From NCBI GenBank assembly GCA_032718475.1, contig JAUCBJ010003689.1, positions 1 to 41,275 on the forward strand: 41,275 bases of DNA. Direction: 5' to 3'. Source of the DNA: Nemertoderma westbladi (taxonomy: Eukaryota; Animalia; Xenacoelomorpha). This document shows, in pieces, positions 11,303 through 24,542 of this stretch (its first letter is position 1; each line of letters starts with the position of its first letter). The notes beneath the pieces were generated by a model that was not told the DNA's origin, made no database searches, and saw only the letters and a program-made list of their open reading frames with translations. Both the position numbers and the translations under genes were made by a program.

Positions 11303-13048
11303 CCAGGTGCCCAATAAGAAGAATTAATTCATTCGTTCCGGTGTGGTGATATAGCCCGAACGCTCTCAAGTCGCCGTAAAGCAACTTTTATTGTGTGTAG
11401 AGTGGTTTACCCGAGTGGTTAGGTTTACGAATGAACGTTATTAGTGAGAGTAAATAAAGCCACGAGTTTTAAAACATTGTCGTAAAATACTTTGCAACAA
11501 TCACCTTCTGTATGTCGTTGATGAAAAACCGCGTGCATGAAACTTTTTTGTTAAAAAGAAAGTTTTTTGCTTTTGCTTGTAGAGCTTCATTAAAATATTA
11601 TTAAAGTAAATTTTTAATTATTGATTAGAATTATTGAAATATTAAAGTCCATGGTACAGTACCTCTTGTTCTTACATACCGTTTCATTCACTGCTGCTAC
11701 AAGTACCTTCAACGGTCCCTTCACTGCCCCTAACAACGGTTGCCATGGTAACAGTGCTTCGGGACTGGGTTCGTGGATTGGCAATCATCGATAGAAACCA
11801 ATTTGGTGTAAAATTTCTAGATATTGAGTGTTTATAATAGCGGTTGCTAGGGTCTCAGTCGCTGTTGACATGGAAACACGTTTTATTCAAATTGCTCAAG
11901 GCTGAGAGAGCGACACCCTCCCTAATATCGATTAGTATGGTATTGTGGTCATGAAACTGATGAGACTTTTTATGGGTATAAAATTGCACGGTTCATCACT
12001 TTGCTGCCGGACTACCTGGTATCTACAAAAATCGAAGTCTGTCCCTAAAATAGCCTAAATATATTGCGTATATATTTCGCGTATATTTATAGCGTGTATA
12101 TATATATAGCGTATATAGTAGGGATGTCCCGGAATCGATATTTTGATTCCGGCCGGAACCGGAACGGGAATTCAACATGCCGGAACCGGAATTTTCTATA
12201 ATTAGTGAAATACACTAAATGACCCAAGAAACTTTACAATTTTTTTGTGAAACAAATGAATTTTTTTAATTTCTAAAGCTAAGTTTGATGTGGAGAATGG
12301 CCTGGCCGGTTATGGCCTATTATGGGGACGGGATGGTATTTCGGCATTGAACGACAGGGAATTCAATATAATTTTTTTCTAAAATCTATAACTTTGGCCA
12401 AAAGTTAGGTTTTTAGCATTTAGACTCATACCTAAGAACCTACGTTATAAACAAAAACCTTTCGTTTCGCGTCATTTTAGGTCCTTTGGTGCAATATCCT
12501 AGTGCCTTGACAAGGGAAAGTAGCATGTTACAGTGACATGTTATTCGAACCAAAACAATAAACGAGGCCAATAAATAGTACATGTTACAGTTTAATTATT
12601 GTTGGGAATAAATAGATTTATGGTGAGAAATGGCTTTGCTGTAAAAAGAATTAAAACTAGTATATTATGCAGCACCTACGACGCAGGACTGAACTAACGA
12701 CCACTCGCAGGACCTGTACGTATTGTAATAACGTTTATATTAGATTTAGGTTAGAGCAGTAATTGTAATTGTATAATACTGTATTTGTATCCAAGTAACA
12801 TACCCTAAAGGACCCCCATGGAAATAAGCTGCAAATCTTTAGGGGTCATCCTATATGTTGCGTCGGACAATACCAATCATAATATTATCTACCATATTAT
12901 TTAATAATTAATTCAAAGTAAAATAATATCTACCATATTATTTAATAATTAATTCAAAGTAAAATAATATAAAAAATCAATGTAAAATATTGTAAGATCA
13001 ATCTAAAAAACGTCATTTTATAAGCAAATTGGAAAAACCACTCGTTAA

Positions 13049-13372
13049 GGCCCGTGCTCCACTGGTAAGTCTTATATAGTCTTAGTCAGAATAATTATGG
13101 AACACGTTGGTTTCAATGGGAGCGTCTCCACTGGTAAATCGTATCGTAAGTTACGACCTATGAGTCGAAAGTGATTATGTCCCATGTTACATCTTTTGAC
13201 ATATGACTCATGTGTTATATCCGGCAAGATGCCTGTGATTGGTTACTTTGGGTATAAATATGCAGTAAATGTGAGACGCATCTTATATTTTTTATCAAAT
13301 GACTTATGACTTGTGTTACCAATGGAGCAAGGAGGCATTCATTTTGACATTCTGACCAGTGGGGCACTGGCC
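13049..13372. mobile_element. PIF/Harbinger-like MITE nested in the hAT element
   Basis: TIRs GGCCCGTGCTCCACTGGT / ACCAGTGGGGCACTGGCC (2 mismatches), flanked by TAA and TAT as an imperfect 3-bp TSD. Confidence 0.6.
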
Positions 13373-13589
13373 TATTAATGCATTTCATTAGTTAATGTAA
13401 ATTACGATGGTTATTGTGAATTGTATATGAATACTACAGTAGGTGGTGTAACATATGGTGGGACCATTTTAGTTTGATTACCAGGTGCATTTTTTTTGGA
13501 AATGTGTTACATATTGTATCCATCAAGACTGCATTCACTGTAATAAACAAGGTGGCTGAGAATTTTCCCTCATTAGATAGGTTAGTTAG

Positions 13590-13695
13590 GTTCCACCTTT
13601 GGTGCATGGTAATAGTGGTTGCATTGAATTCCAATCTATCTGGAGGTCGTGGGTTCGATCCCCGCATGTGGGCCAAGGCAGTTTTCGATTCAGCA
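13590..13695 (+). mobile_element. tRNA-derived SINE head, copy 2
   Basis: GTTCCACCTTTGGTG...TAGTGGTTGCATTGAATTC...GGGTTCGATCCC...GGCAGTTTTCGATTCAGCA, with a near-consensus B box. It matches the copy at 6385-6483. Confidence 0.6.
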
Positions 13696-14474
13696 CGAAT
13701 GGTTTGAAGGGGCTAACCAGGGGGCATCTATGCCTTGCATCCTTAAATGTTATCTCTAACGGTCGAAGAAAACTTCATTTCTATACTTTTTTACAAGTGT
13801 TGAAAAGTATATTAATCTAATTGGTAATAATGTTTAAAAAATATATAAATGTTGATAATAATTTAACAAACTAATTGCAACTATCAAACTAGTTAGGAAC
13901 CTGGTAATTCCGGTAAAATTCCGGCCGGAATTGACCCCATTCCGGCAATTCCGGCCGGAACCGGAATCGGGCAAAAACCGCCGGAATTCCGGCCGGAACG
14001 GAATTCCGGGACATCCCTAGTATATAGCAGGACAATTCATTTTTCGTTTTAATAATTGCAATAAAGTTGATCATCCTAAACGGATCATCATCATTTTTAT
14101 TATTCAATTTATGAAAGTTAAAATATATAAATGATATATTGATATATTGATGTTATATCACCTCACTGTTAATAGGCGCGTGGTTAAGTGATTTTGAACT
14201 TTTGAAATAAAAGTTATAACATCATTGTTAGCAATAATGATAGATATTATGGGTGTAAAATTTAATTTCACCTTCATGTTACATTCGGTTTACTTATCTG
14301 TTTATGGGTTCTGAAACCACTTAAATATACATGAACCTGTAAATTTGTAAATTAAATGAATAATAATAACTATTTTAATTAATATATTTAATGTAATAAC
14401 GACGTAATAAGAAAATCCACCGACGATTAAATACAAATTGTATTCCTAATGTTTTTTTTGGGGTGAAAATTGTA

Positions 14475-16306
14475 TTAATAATCATCGAAATCTGGCGGAG
14501 GTGGCGGAGGTGCGGATCCGATATCGGAAGGGGTCACTCCACCGGAACTGTAATCCGGTGTTGGCTCCGGTGTCGGTTCAATGAGATCCAGTACTAAAGA
14601 CTGAAACCTGGAGGCCAGGGACTCACCCAAAGACGAGGCAGTCTTCCCGGGAGGGATCTGGTCCCGCAGGGACGGACTAGGTATTTTCTTCATGTAAGAC
14701 GCCATTTTATCAGCCGGGAGGTAACTCGTGATCGCTTCTGACATGGGATCTAGTTCTTCATTTCTGCGTCCATCAGCGAGTCGGATGAACACAGAGGCCC
14801 CCGGTAAGTATTTAATTTGTTTTGATTCGATCAGACGCGAGATGACATCGCTGCACGGTGCCTTAGTGAAATCCTGAATGACTGGCAGGGTTGGGGCACC
14901 TACAAACAATGGTAGTTGGTAGACGTTAGTGTTGGCGTAGTGATCGGAGAAGACTTGAGTTATAGTCCAGGCTTGTTCATGAAGTCCGTACTTGTAAGTG
15001 TCCCCAGCGGCTGTGCATGAAATTTCTTGCAAATGAAAGATCACAGTAAGATACTTGTTAAAGGCCCGGTGTTTGAATGGTTTAAGACCATCGTTCCAAA
15101 CGGGACTTTTTTGCTCGCTATCAAAATCAATGTGTTCAGTAAAAGCGAGATTATCGTACCTTGCCATGGGGTAGCCATAGTAATAGGCGGCTGGAGGATT
15201 GAAACAGAAAGTACCTTGTGTGAAACGGGACCAGGGTACGTTAACAGCTCCATCCAGCGCCACGTGCAGACCGTATTCCGGGAGATAGGGAGTCATGTAC
15301 GTGAGATCTACATCCATGGGGATGGTATCCATTAAACGGGTAAGCTGGTTCCGGATCCAGGTGTTGATGTTACGATCCGTAATCAATCGCTTCTCTTGTC
15401 CGTCACCAATCAGACTCAAACTCTCTCTAACGCTTAGATACGACCTATTCTTGTATATATTCTTGTATAAGGCGAGCTCTCCCTTTGAAGGAACACACGA
15501 TGTCGATATGTAGACGCCTTGTGAGTACTCTGGGCGCTTTTCTACCACACCCAATCGCGCCCAATCTGATTGAGGTATTTTTTCTGCTTCGAGTGGCTTT
15601 CCACTGGGTCCCTTCGCGGCGCGGACTAGTCGTACCAGTAGGGTGGCGCACGGTACATGTCGGTGCGTCTCTCGCATTGTCGACTCGGTGAGGGGTTTCG
15701 AAGCGTCCGGCGCCTGGCTGTACATCCGCAGTTGATGGCTCCCCTCGTTCAATGTTACTTGAACGCCGGGTTTATCTGTGGATGGCTGTTTAAATGTACC
15801 ACTTTGCACGAAAATATTCAAAGAAGCGTACCCGATCACTGTCAACGTTTTCTGGAATTTATCAATACTGTAAATTTTTACGAGGAGGGTCGATGAAGGT
15901 GGAATGGCGCTATCCCGTATTTCTACGCGGTAATCGTAAATTGGATTGTAGATATTGGAATCTAAGTTCAATCCGGTGGAAATATCCTGTCCGATCCTGT
16001 TGTAATTCCGATCGAATATTCTCCCTGCGACGCGACTAATTGTGGTCACGTCCGGCAGACACCGCGCTCCGTCCACGTAAAGATCGAATCCATCGCCGCT
16101 CTGGAAGGGTTGAGTCATCGGGATGTCTCTGTCCACGAATATCCAGGGTTTAATCGCGAAGTCCTTGAAGGCCGTCTCCTGGGTGTCGTCTGCATCCATT
16201 CCGTCGTCAGAGGGCGACAATGACCGCGGCGGGTCTATCGAATACACTTGGAACCGCACGGTGGTGTTGTGATACGGGATCCAGTTTAATGATGCGTCCT
16301 GGTAAC
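14475..16306 (-). CDS. CCDC17: CCDC17-like protein, exon 2 (terminal coding exon)
   Basis: Long GC-richer ORF. The acceptor TTTTATTTTCAG ends at 16307, and the phase-1 join gives ...PLHDKG|YQDASLNW. The stop TAA ends at 14475. The first 27 aa of the tracked ORF are intronic. Confidence 0.8.
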
Positions 16307-18367
16307 CTGAAAATAAAACAATTGCCAATAGAAAAGCCTTTTTATAACTAACAATAAAATTACAAATTATTGTACAGACAAAATACAAAATACTTGATTA
16401 ACCTCATCTCCCTCGATCTAGTTTATTTACCCCCCCCCCCCCCCCCCCCCTCACTCCCGATCGCTGCCCCCACTAAGGAAATAATGGTTCTCGGGACGGG
16501 CGCCAAATATACTGAGATAGTATAAATAAAAAATATATAGTTGTATAATTTATTAAAAATCATTATAAAATCTATAATCAAGATCAAATAAAGAATAACT
16601 TTATTTTATTTATAACATCCACAAGACGTGACGTCACGGTCATGGATACAATAATATTTAGCGTCAACGTGAAGATGTCAACTAATCTATAATGATAGAA
16701 CTGAGAGCCTTTCTCGAATGAATATATTTATTATTTAAATTATTACCTTTTTCGAATTGTTTGCGTGAATCTGGGTGCCTCAAAATACATTCAATAACTT
16801 TACGTAATCGTCTCCCGCAAAAGTATGAGAAGTGTGACTGAAATTAAATTTTTTTGTTCATTTTCAACCTTAACCGTTCCCGCGTACGATTATTTTAATG
16901 GCAAATTAAACAAAATCCTCAATGATGCCAACTGGCCATCAGTCGGGTTATTGATAACAATCATATTACTTGCTAAAAAACATGCAAAACATTTAATATA
17001 CTCCCATGCATGTTTCAGTGAAAAAATACCTCAGATATCTGCCGGACTATAACTAAAAGTTCACATACACATACACTCAAACTTTAAGGGAAGATATTGA
17101 GATGTGACGAATTTTTAATTATTATAGTCATTTTATAAATATTGATAAAATTATATTAATAGTTCTTTTTATTTATTTGTGTGGAATTAATTTCGCACTA
17201 TCAAATTGCCAGCGCGACATATTTTACAACTTTACATCGCTGTGCCACATTATTTCTCATTATGTCCCTACACCATACATTTTACTATGTATGTCCAGTA
17301 TATCCAGTATGTCACCGCGTCATTAATAAGTTGTTCTAGAAAGTTTGACTGCATAACTACAAATAATTCCCCACAAATAAATGTAATTCGATTCGCCATT
17401 GTTCATAATTAGCACTTTAAAGCTTTTACGGCTATCGTTCTATAATTTCCCTCGCTCGTGCTGTAAAGCTATAAAGTGCTATTTTATAAACAATGACGTA
17501 TATAGCTATTCAGTGCAACAAAATCAAAATTTTTCGCTAGTGTAAAGCCGCTCAATTCAAAAAACATATAGCATCAATTATGTGTGTCTCTATAAATTGT
17601 GTGATTTAAAGAGTGTTTAAATTTTTGTTAAAGAGTGATTTTTTAACATGTATCGAAACTGAAAGCTTTTGTAGGCGAAACTAATGTCATTCCATTCCTA
17701 TTATATCGTTTTATGTATTATATATATAGTTAGTTTTAGCAGATTGGGGGTGGTGTGGGGGGGGGGGTCTTTCAACGCAATCAAAATTCATCCTTCTCCA
17801 GGGGAAATTCGACGTAAATAACAGCTGATTACTCACAAAAATAAAACTGTAACCTGTTCTATTGACTTTCGTTTATTGTTTTGGTTGGAATAACGTGCCA
17901 CTGTAAACTGTTCCTTTCCCTAAATTGAGAATTTTCGATTAAGGCGGGATATGTATTCGCCGATATGCGATTTGTGTCCCCCCCCCCCCCCCCCCCTCCC
18001 TTTCAGCGCTTAAGAGTCAAATTTTAATTATGCCATTATATATAAAAATATATATATATATTATTATGCCATATGCTATTATTTTATATTCAATTAATTA
18101 CATCAGTTTTACTTCACGTAGATTTGAACAAATTGAAACTTATTTATTATTATTATATTAATTGTTGCTTTAACCGAAGCTTACTATAAGATAGATAAGA
18201 TAGTCTTTATTGTCTAGGGCAATATCACCCCCAGCCGCTATGCGACTTATTAGACAAATATTACAATTTAATTGCACTGCAATACACAAGGTTACACCAA
18301 TAATCCCCCCTACTATGTATAGTAATGTATATAGTACAAAGAAGGCCATGGCCGTAACGTTACTAAC

Positions 18368-20924
18368 CTTTATCGTGTAACGGTATCTCGTTTGGGTCTG
18401 GCACCGGCAACTCGTACAACCTCGTCTCGTGGGTCCCCTCGTTAAGGCTCCCATTCGCGTCGAACAACGGAATGGATGTCCACGCCGCCAGGTAAGCGTC
18501 GTCTATGTAGGTGGGCCGTTGCACAGTGCTGGCTCGACCCGCATGGGGGCGCAGGTAGAAGCGCATCAACACGATCATCTCGGAACGAGACCGGAATTCG
18601 GGGAATGACGCCCCCTGGCGGCCGAACACGTGATAGGAGTGCAGGAAGTTGGAAGCCACGGGTTCGGTAGTGAAAGTCGCTGGCCCGTATGTGGTCGTTA
18701 CCATGGCACCCGTATCCCACATATATATTCCACATCGGATTTTCCCTTCTCCATTCGGGGCGCCTTTTACTCTATCTATTTCGATTCCGATCGTCTCGTT
18801 ATGTTGTATAGAAAGTCTGTCGAAGTCTCGTTGACTCTCTATGTACTGACCTTCGCTTGACGGAGGGGGGATCCGTCTAGGTGGCCCCCCTAATGCCCCC
18901 CTCTGCGAGCTACCAATGCGTCTACCCCCAGGCTGTTGTGGGGGGAAATCGTATCTAACCGAAGATCGATCTGAGTCTTTGGAGCGACCCGAGTTCACTA
19001 TTCCGTAGTGTTGCGGCGGGTACTGATATTGCGGCGCCTCCATCACGCTGACTCGCGCCACCGATTGAGCCTGCGCGTCGCGTGCATTGCAAACGCGGTA
19101 GTAAAGCTCCGTCATACCCACCTGCGGCAAGTAATTCATATCGAAGTACGATATGTGACTCTGAATGGGAGCAATCTTCAGGGGTACCCGCCATTTACCC
19201 GCAATTATACGATTTTCATCATCGAACATCTGTAATCGAATCCATCCTACAGTTTGCAAGGATTTCGCGCTGGAATGCTCGGTCGCTTGCAGCTCACACA
19301 CTAGCGAGGTACCTGCTGAAGGCTTGCACCGCTGCACCGGTTGTTTCGCATTGAGCATCGCGTAGTTTCCTGACATCATCCCTTGGTACCGCGACCCGGA
19401 ACTCAATTCGTGCATCGGTAGACCTATAGGGGCGCCCAACTGCTGCCCGCCGTGGAACAGCCCCACGACCAGGCGGCAGTTCCGGTAACTCACGTCCAGC
19501 CCCAGTACGAAGTCGTAATAGATCACGAACCCGGATGACGGGTCGTAAGGTGCGGGTTCCAGACCCGATCCGATCTTTGTGACGGGGCCGCCCCATTGCA
19601 TTATATGCGGGATCTCGTGTTGTGGTTGCCCCATAAACTGTACCCTCGCAGAATCATTGGTGGGTTGCGGGGCTGGGTGGTAGTGAGTGTCCTTCGGTTT
19701 ATTGCCTCCACCAGAACTTAAATCTTTCCTCATTTTTCGTATCAACGCTTCGTGCTTCACAAGATCCAACTCCTGTTGTAACTTTGTCATTCTTAAAGCG
19801 TGTTCTTTACGCATTTTCTTCAACTCATCATCATCATCACCATCACCTTTTGATTTATTCAAAGATTCCAATTCTTCCATCAACTTGCGATTCTCTGATT
19901 CAAATTTGACGAGTTGGAAGTTGAGCGGGTCTAGTTGATTGGCGTAGTCAGTTTGCATTAGAGAGACGTCTCGCAACATGGCGTCAATCTGCGCGAGGAT
20001 GGCGGGGTCGTTGCCTCCGCTAGTGATGTAGTTGTGTTTGATCATTTGAATCTCCTGACTCACGTGACTTCCGGGCATTCCCATTGGCTGCACCACAGGT
20101 GGAATTGACGAGGCTGCAAGAGGAACAGAGGCCAGGTTTTTATCATCCTGTGAGGCTTTTAGTTTAACAACAATATCGCGCAATTCTTTTAATTCCGTTT
20201 CGTTTTTCTCATTTTGTTCTTGAAGACGTTTTATCAGCGTTTTATCGTCAGATTGGTTGCGTGTCGACTCAGAAACTGTTGCCAGTCCTTCCAACTTTGT
20301 CGCGATGTTGTTCCGACGTTTCTCCAAGTCCTGGTACTTCTCTTGGATGGCGCCAACGTGAGCTTTGTATTCATGTTGGGCCGTCTCCCAGTAACGTCTG
20401 GAGGACGCGTTCCCCTGGTTACCAACCCCGGGGCGGTGGGACTGGATAGCCCGGGGTCTAAACGATACATGATGTTCCTCCTCACCACTGGATGGCGCTT
20501 CAAGTCGTCTTTCTAATCTGCTTATGTCATCGCGAAGTTGTTGTTCTTTCGCTTTCAGGATGTCGTAATCATTTGTAAGACTTTGATAGTTGAATTTGCC
20601 CAGGACGTCATCTGAGGCTTGTGATAGTGGGGTGTCTACGTTGGGCGATGGTGGTCTCTGTAGATATGGTGGTAGTTCGATGTTGTTTGTCTCTTTCAGC
20701 ATTCTTCTTTCACTGACGTCCTGGTTGTGTCTCTGTCGACTCTTTTTCGCCTTGTAAGCTTTTATCTCATCAATAGTGACGCGATTGGATGTGTCCCCCT
20801 GGCGGCGTAGGGAAGTATCGCCGAGACGAGGGGTAATTCCCAAACAGAAACCCGATTGATGTTTTTTCAACATCCCAAGTGTTTTAAAAGTCATGTCGCA
20901 ATCCGGACAGTTAACAATATCCAT
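18368..20924 (-). CDS. CCDC17: CCDC17-like protein, exon 1 (N-terminal CxxC...H...C motif, coiled coils, C2-like region)
   Basis: CPDCDMTFKTLGMLKKHQSGFC and PAPYDPSSGFVIYYDFVLGL match motifs I recall from CCDC17. The donor GTTAGT starts at 18367. The spliced CDS is 2557+1832=4389 nt, or 1462 aa plus stop. Confidence 0.85.
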
Positions 20925-21030
20925 ATTAATGTTATTTCTGATATTTATACTTATTATTTATTTGGTAATCATCAAATAATTAATTTACTTAAAAATTTTG
21001 GCATATAAAATTGATTAATACTATAACAAA

Positions 21031-21128
21031 TAAACAAACAGTAAAGTATATAAATCGTGACAAGTTAAACTCTCATATAGAAAGATTTACTAAATAGATT
21101 GACACAAGTTGTTGTATCTCTTGGCAAC
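21031..21128 (-). promoter_or_regulatory. Putative ciliary-gene promoter motifs: forkhead site and RFX X-box
   Basis: TAAACAAACA at 21031-21040, and GTTGCCAAGAGATAC on the minus strand at 21128-21114, lying 110-200 bp upstream of the CCDC17 ATG. Confidence 0.45.
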
Positions 21129-21539
21129 AGTATTTGGCAAGCCTTTCGGATAGCACCTGGATGAATATTAAATCGATTGTAAAGATTTATCATCTCGCAA
21201 TGTCTCAATCTTTGAAGATGAGTTTCTGTGATACGATTGTTTTACGATTATGTTACGATTATGTTATTATGTTTTTTTATGTTGTGGGTACAGTACACCA
21301 CAGCTTCAGTTATTATTTTAGTGGTGTCTATTTTGTCTGTAGGATTATCTAATATTCAAATGGTAGACCAAATGTTGACGTTATGGTCCAAATAATGTAA
21401 CGTATTCTCTTGAGCTAAAATTAGTGTAAGATGTATAATTAATTGTATTACAAACTAAACAATAGTTTAACTATCTAAAAATTTTGTAGGAATTTAGCAT
21501 ATCGATGTACAATATTATATAACAAAAGTGTAATACACC

Positions 21540-21930
21540 CCGATAGTGGAAAATGGGTTTCCCATCCGACATTGTGTCAAGTACAATGCACACATCTCTA
21601 ACCAGACACTATGTAACATTATAGGTGTCTCGTTGGTTCCCCCAAGCTTGACACTAGAACAAAGCCGCCTCCGCGTTGCAAGACATTGCTTTCGCCGTAA
21701 GGACCAGCCAGTGCATAATCTTGTACTTTGGCAGCCTCATGGAGTGAATAAGCATGGTTTTCGCCCATGACTTTCTTGAGACGCCTCCTAAAGGACACTG
21801 ACTCTGAAGATGCGGATGATCTAGCAAATGTCATGGGTGATAGAGAGTTGTGGCGGCCCAATTTTGTTGATAAGCCGGCATAACATCTCAATGTGCAGTT
21901 TCAATCCTGCAGGCCGATTATAGTAGTACA
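21540..21930 (+). mobile_element. RTE-clade LINE 3' fragment
   Basis: VPPSLTLEQSRLRVARHCFRRKDQPVHNLVLWQPHG nearly matches the copy at 7068-7680. It has the same 3' end, GTGCAGTTTCAAT...AGGCCGATTATAGTAG. Confidence 0.8.
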
Positions 21931-23317
21931 GTGTAAACAAATAGCCACAAGCAATATCAATAATTAAATTACTGATATATAGAATAACCCTATACCTGGC
22001 TAATCTAACATTTTCCAAATAATTTTCTAAATTTATACGTTTTAACGTTTTTAATTTAAGAAATCTAAGCCTTAAATACACAAAAATAAATGATGAAATA
22101 AATAAACATTAGTTTTTCCCTTTGGTAATAATTTGGATGGTTACTGTATACACTAATGCGATGTATGAACAAGGTTCTATTATATTAAACTAACCATTGT
22201 GAAATAAATGGACTAGAAGGGGTTCTTGAAACGAGATATCACCACAATTGTGTAGTCAGTCCAACGTAGATACTACTACTACTAGGATCGGCATGCTGCA
22301 TTGCAGCTGCATTTTGCCGTATTGTATTTTGTTGGTACAATATATGGAGATATTTATACAACTTCTCTATAAAACGAGTGGATGTAACCTCGCCCATCGA
22401 ATTTGTCGACCTCAAAATCCCTTATCCCCTAGAATTTTATTTGTTATATTATAAACTATTGTGGTTTTTAAATTAAAACAAATAAATAAATTAAAGCTAA
22501 AATCAATAGAGCAATCACAATTTAATTATGTGAAAAATCTTCGCTATCATTAATGGAAATTATGAAATTTTATTGCAGTGGAATTGTATATTTTTTTTAC
22601 ATCAGTTACCTTAATATATCGTAAAATTTTTGATATATTTAAAAATTTGATACGACTTTTAGTAACCGAAATATAGCAATTAATGTGTAACACGCCAGTG
22701 TAAATATTACTGATTTCCCATTGAATCACAGTTTATTGTGAAATTAATTAAATTATTCTGGAACATCACCAATTTGCTACTTACTTTTTCCTCCTGTTCC
22801 TTTTGTTACGCTTTTGTTATGCAAATTTACGCAGAATTTCCATGAATAAACATATGATCCGCAAAATAAAATTTTATAGACTTTTTTTTGGTCATTAACA
22901 AGGTAATATAAAATCCAAAATATGTGGTTCGGATTGATTGCGAAATACTTATGGGTTTTTTGCTAGATTAACTCGACTACTGCTGCACCAGTAAGTCGCA
23001 CTCGCACCCCATCCATTCTTTATACGGTACTTTTTGTGGTCTTGTGGTATCAAAGAGAAAATATCAACATTTTGGTAGATAAATATCTGAGATACGATCG
23101 CAAGCGTAAATGGCAATTTTTGCACTGCTTGTATTTACAAAATTTTTTGAAACTCACTTTTTATATTATTTAAACTATTTAGAATTTGTTACAAAGCCCT
23201 TTGATAATAAATAATGCTATACAGTTTGCGAGCTGACACCAGCTACTTTTTCGACAAATAATATATTTTTTATAGATTTTATAGACAGTGTTATAGACAT
23301 GTTATCGCCTCTCTACA

Positions 23318-24542
23318 TGTTCGCGCTTTCAGACCTTTGGCAGTTTAACCCGCCAAATTAGGATGTCTTCTAGATAATAATTCGCCTTTAGCCTATGACA
23401 AGTATTTGATTCACTACACTAGTCGAAACCAATCTGTGCGCGATCATTCACCCGCTGGATATACCCGGGAGATTGGGTTCGACGGCTTAATCTTATTGCT
23501 ATGTAAGCCTACTGTATTATTCGACTGATCGTATTATATAATCTCTGACAATATTATTCACCTTCGGGAATATTAACAGTTCCTTTAGGACGTGGCGCTC
23601 TATCTATATAAACAGAGTTATGACTTAAACTACTCACAACGATATGGCTTAGTTATAATTCACATATATGGCGCATTCTTTAGGAAATGCTTCGTTATCA
23701 GTCTCACTCATACACAATGCTGCACAATACTGCACACTAATCTGCCGATCTTCACTGATTTTAGTCACATATAAAAGGAACACGGACCGAATCATGTAGG
23801 GTCTATCAAATAACATTAGATTCACTTCAAACCACTTTAACATAAGTCACAATTGTTATATGTAACCCTTCTCTCTTACCTTCGGTATATCAAGAATATT
23901 GGGTTTCGGGGTTATTTATCGTTATTCCAAATATAATAATTCATCAACCATATTATGAAGAACTGACAGTAAATAGCAGTATAACAATATAAAGTATGCA
24001 CAGGTTGTTTGATTAGGTATGGTATGTTATGTTGTGATAAATGCAGATAACGGATATATGTCCTTATAATTAAGCCTACTAGTGTAGGGCTAAAGCCGTT
24101 CTTCCTGGCTTAGAATCACCAACAACACTAAAAACTGATAAGAATAACTATAAGAATACCAGCTACCCTTACTCTACAAAGATCTCACCCACCACAGAGA
24201 ATGAGCATACAGATAGGAAATTCAGTTCAGTAGATCTGTGATAGGTCAAAATCAAAACCAACTCAAATCCTATTGGCAGATACAGCAAGCAGGGCTATGG
24301 GGCAACGTGGCAATATCAGCCGTTAGCCGTCGTCATGGTAGCGACACTGTTTTCAAGAGTATCGAGCTTTTTACGTCACGAAATTACAGATTATGTCCTC
24401 TAAAGTACAAATACAGAAGAAATGGCTTTTATGTCCTCCAAAACACCAGTACACCAAGGACACGGCCTTTTTATGCTTGGTAAACCAACCACAGAGTACT
24501 TTACGGGGATAATAACCGGCTAATTACGCAAAAGCTTTTACA
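23318..24542 (-). repeat. 3' LTR (1225 bp)
   Basis: TGTTCGCG...CTTTTACA. It matches 35329-36553 at offset 12011, with about 7 substitutions seen by eye. Confidence 0.92.

Larger units (their letters stand above)
12119..14019. mobile_element. Non-autonomous hAT-family DNA transposon
   Basis: TIRs TAGGGATGTCCCGGAAT / ATTCCGGGACATCCCTA, a perfect 8-bp TSD GTATATAG (12111-12118 and 14020-14027), and many subterminal CCGGAA repeats at both ends. Confidence 0.9.

Noticed and set aside
13590-13680. Functional tRNA gene
   Set aside because: A and B boxes are present, but there is no proper acceptor or anticodon stem. A diverged second copy favours a SINE.
15027-20516. Many short ORFs overlapping CCDC17
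   Set aside because: Alternative-frame or antisense shadows of a GC-richer coding region.
23352-23362. TGGCGGGTT on the minus strand as a primer-binding site
   Set aside because: It lies inside the LTR and appears in all three LTR copies, and it does not resemble a tRNA 3' end that I recognise.
23592-24483. Short ORFs duplicated at 35603-36494
   Set aside because: They are identical only because they lie in the LTRs, and they show no recognisable protein features.
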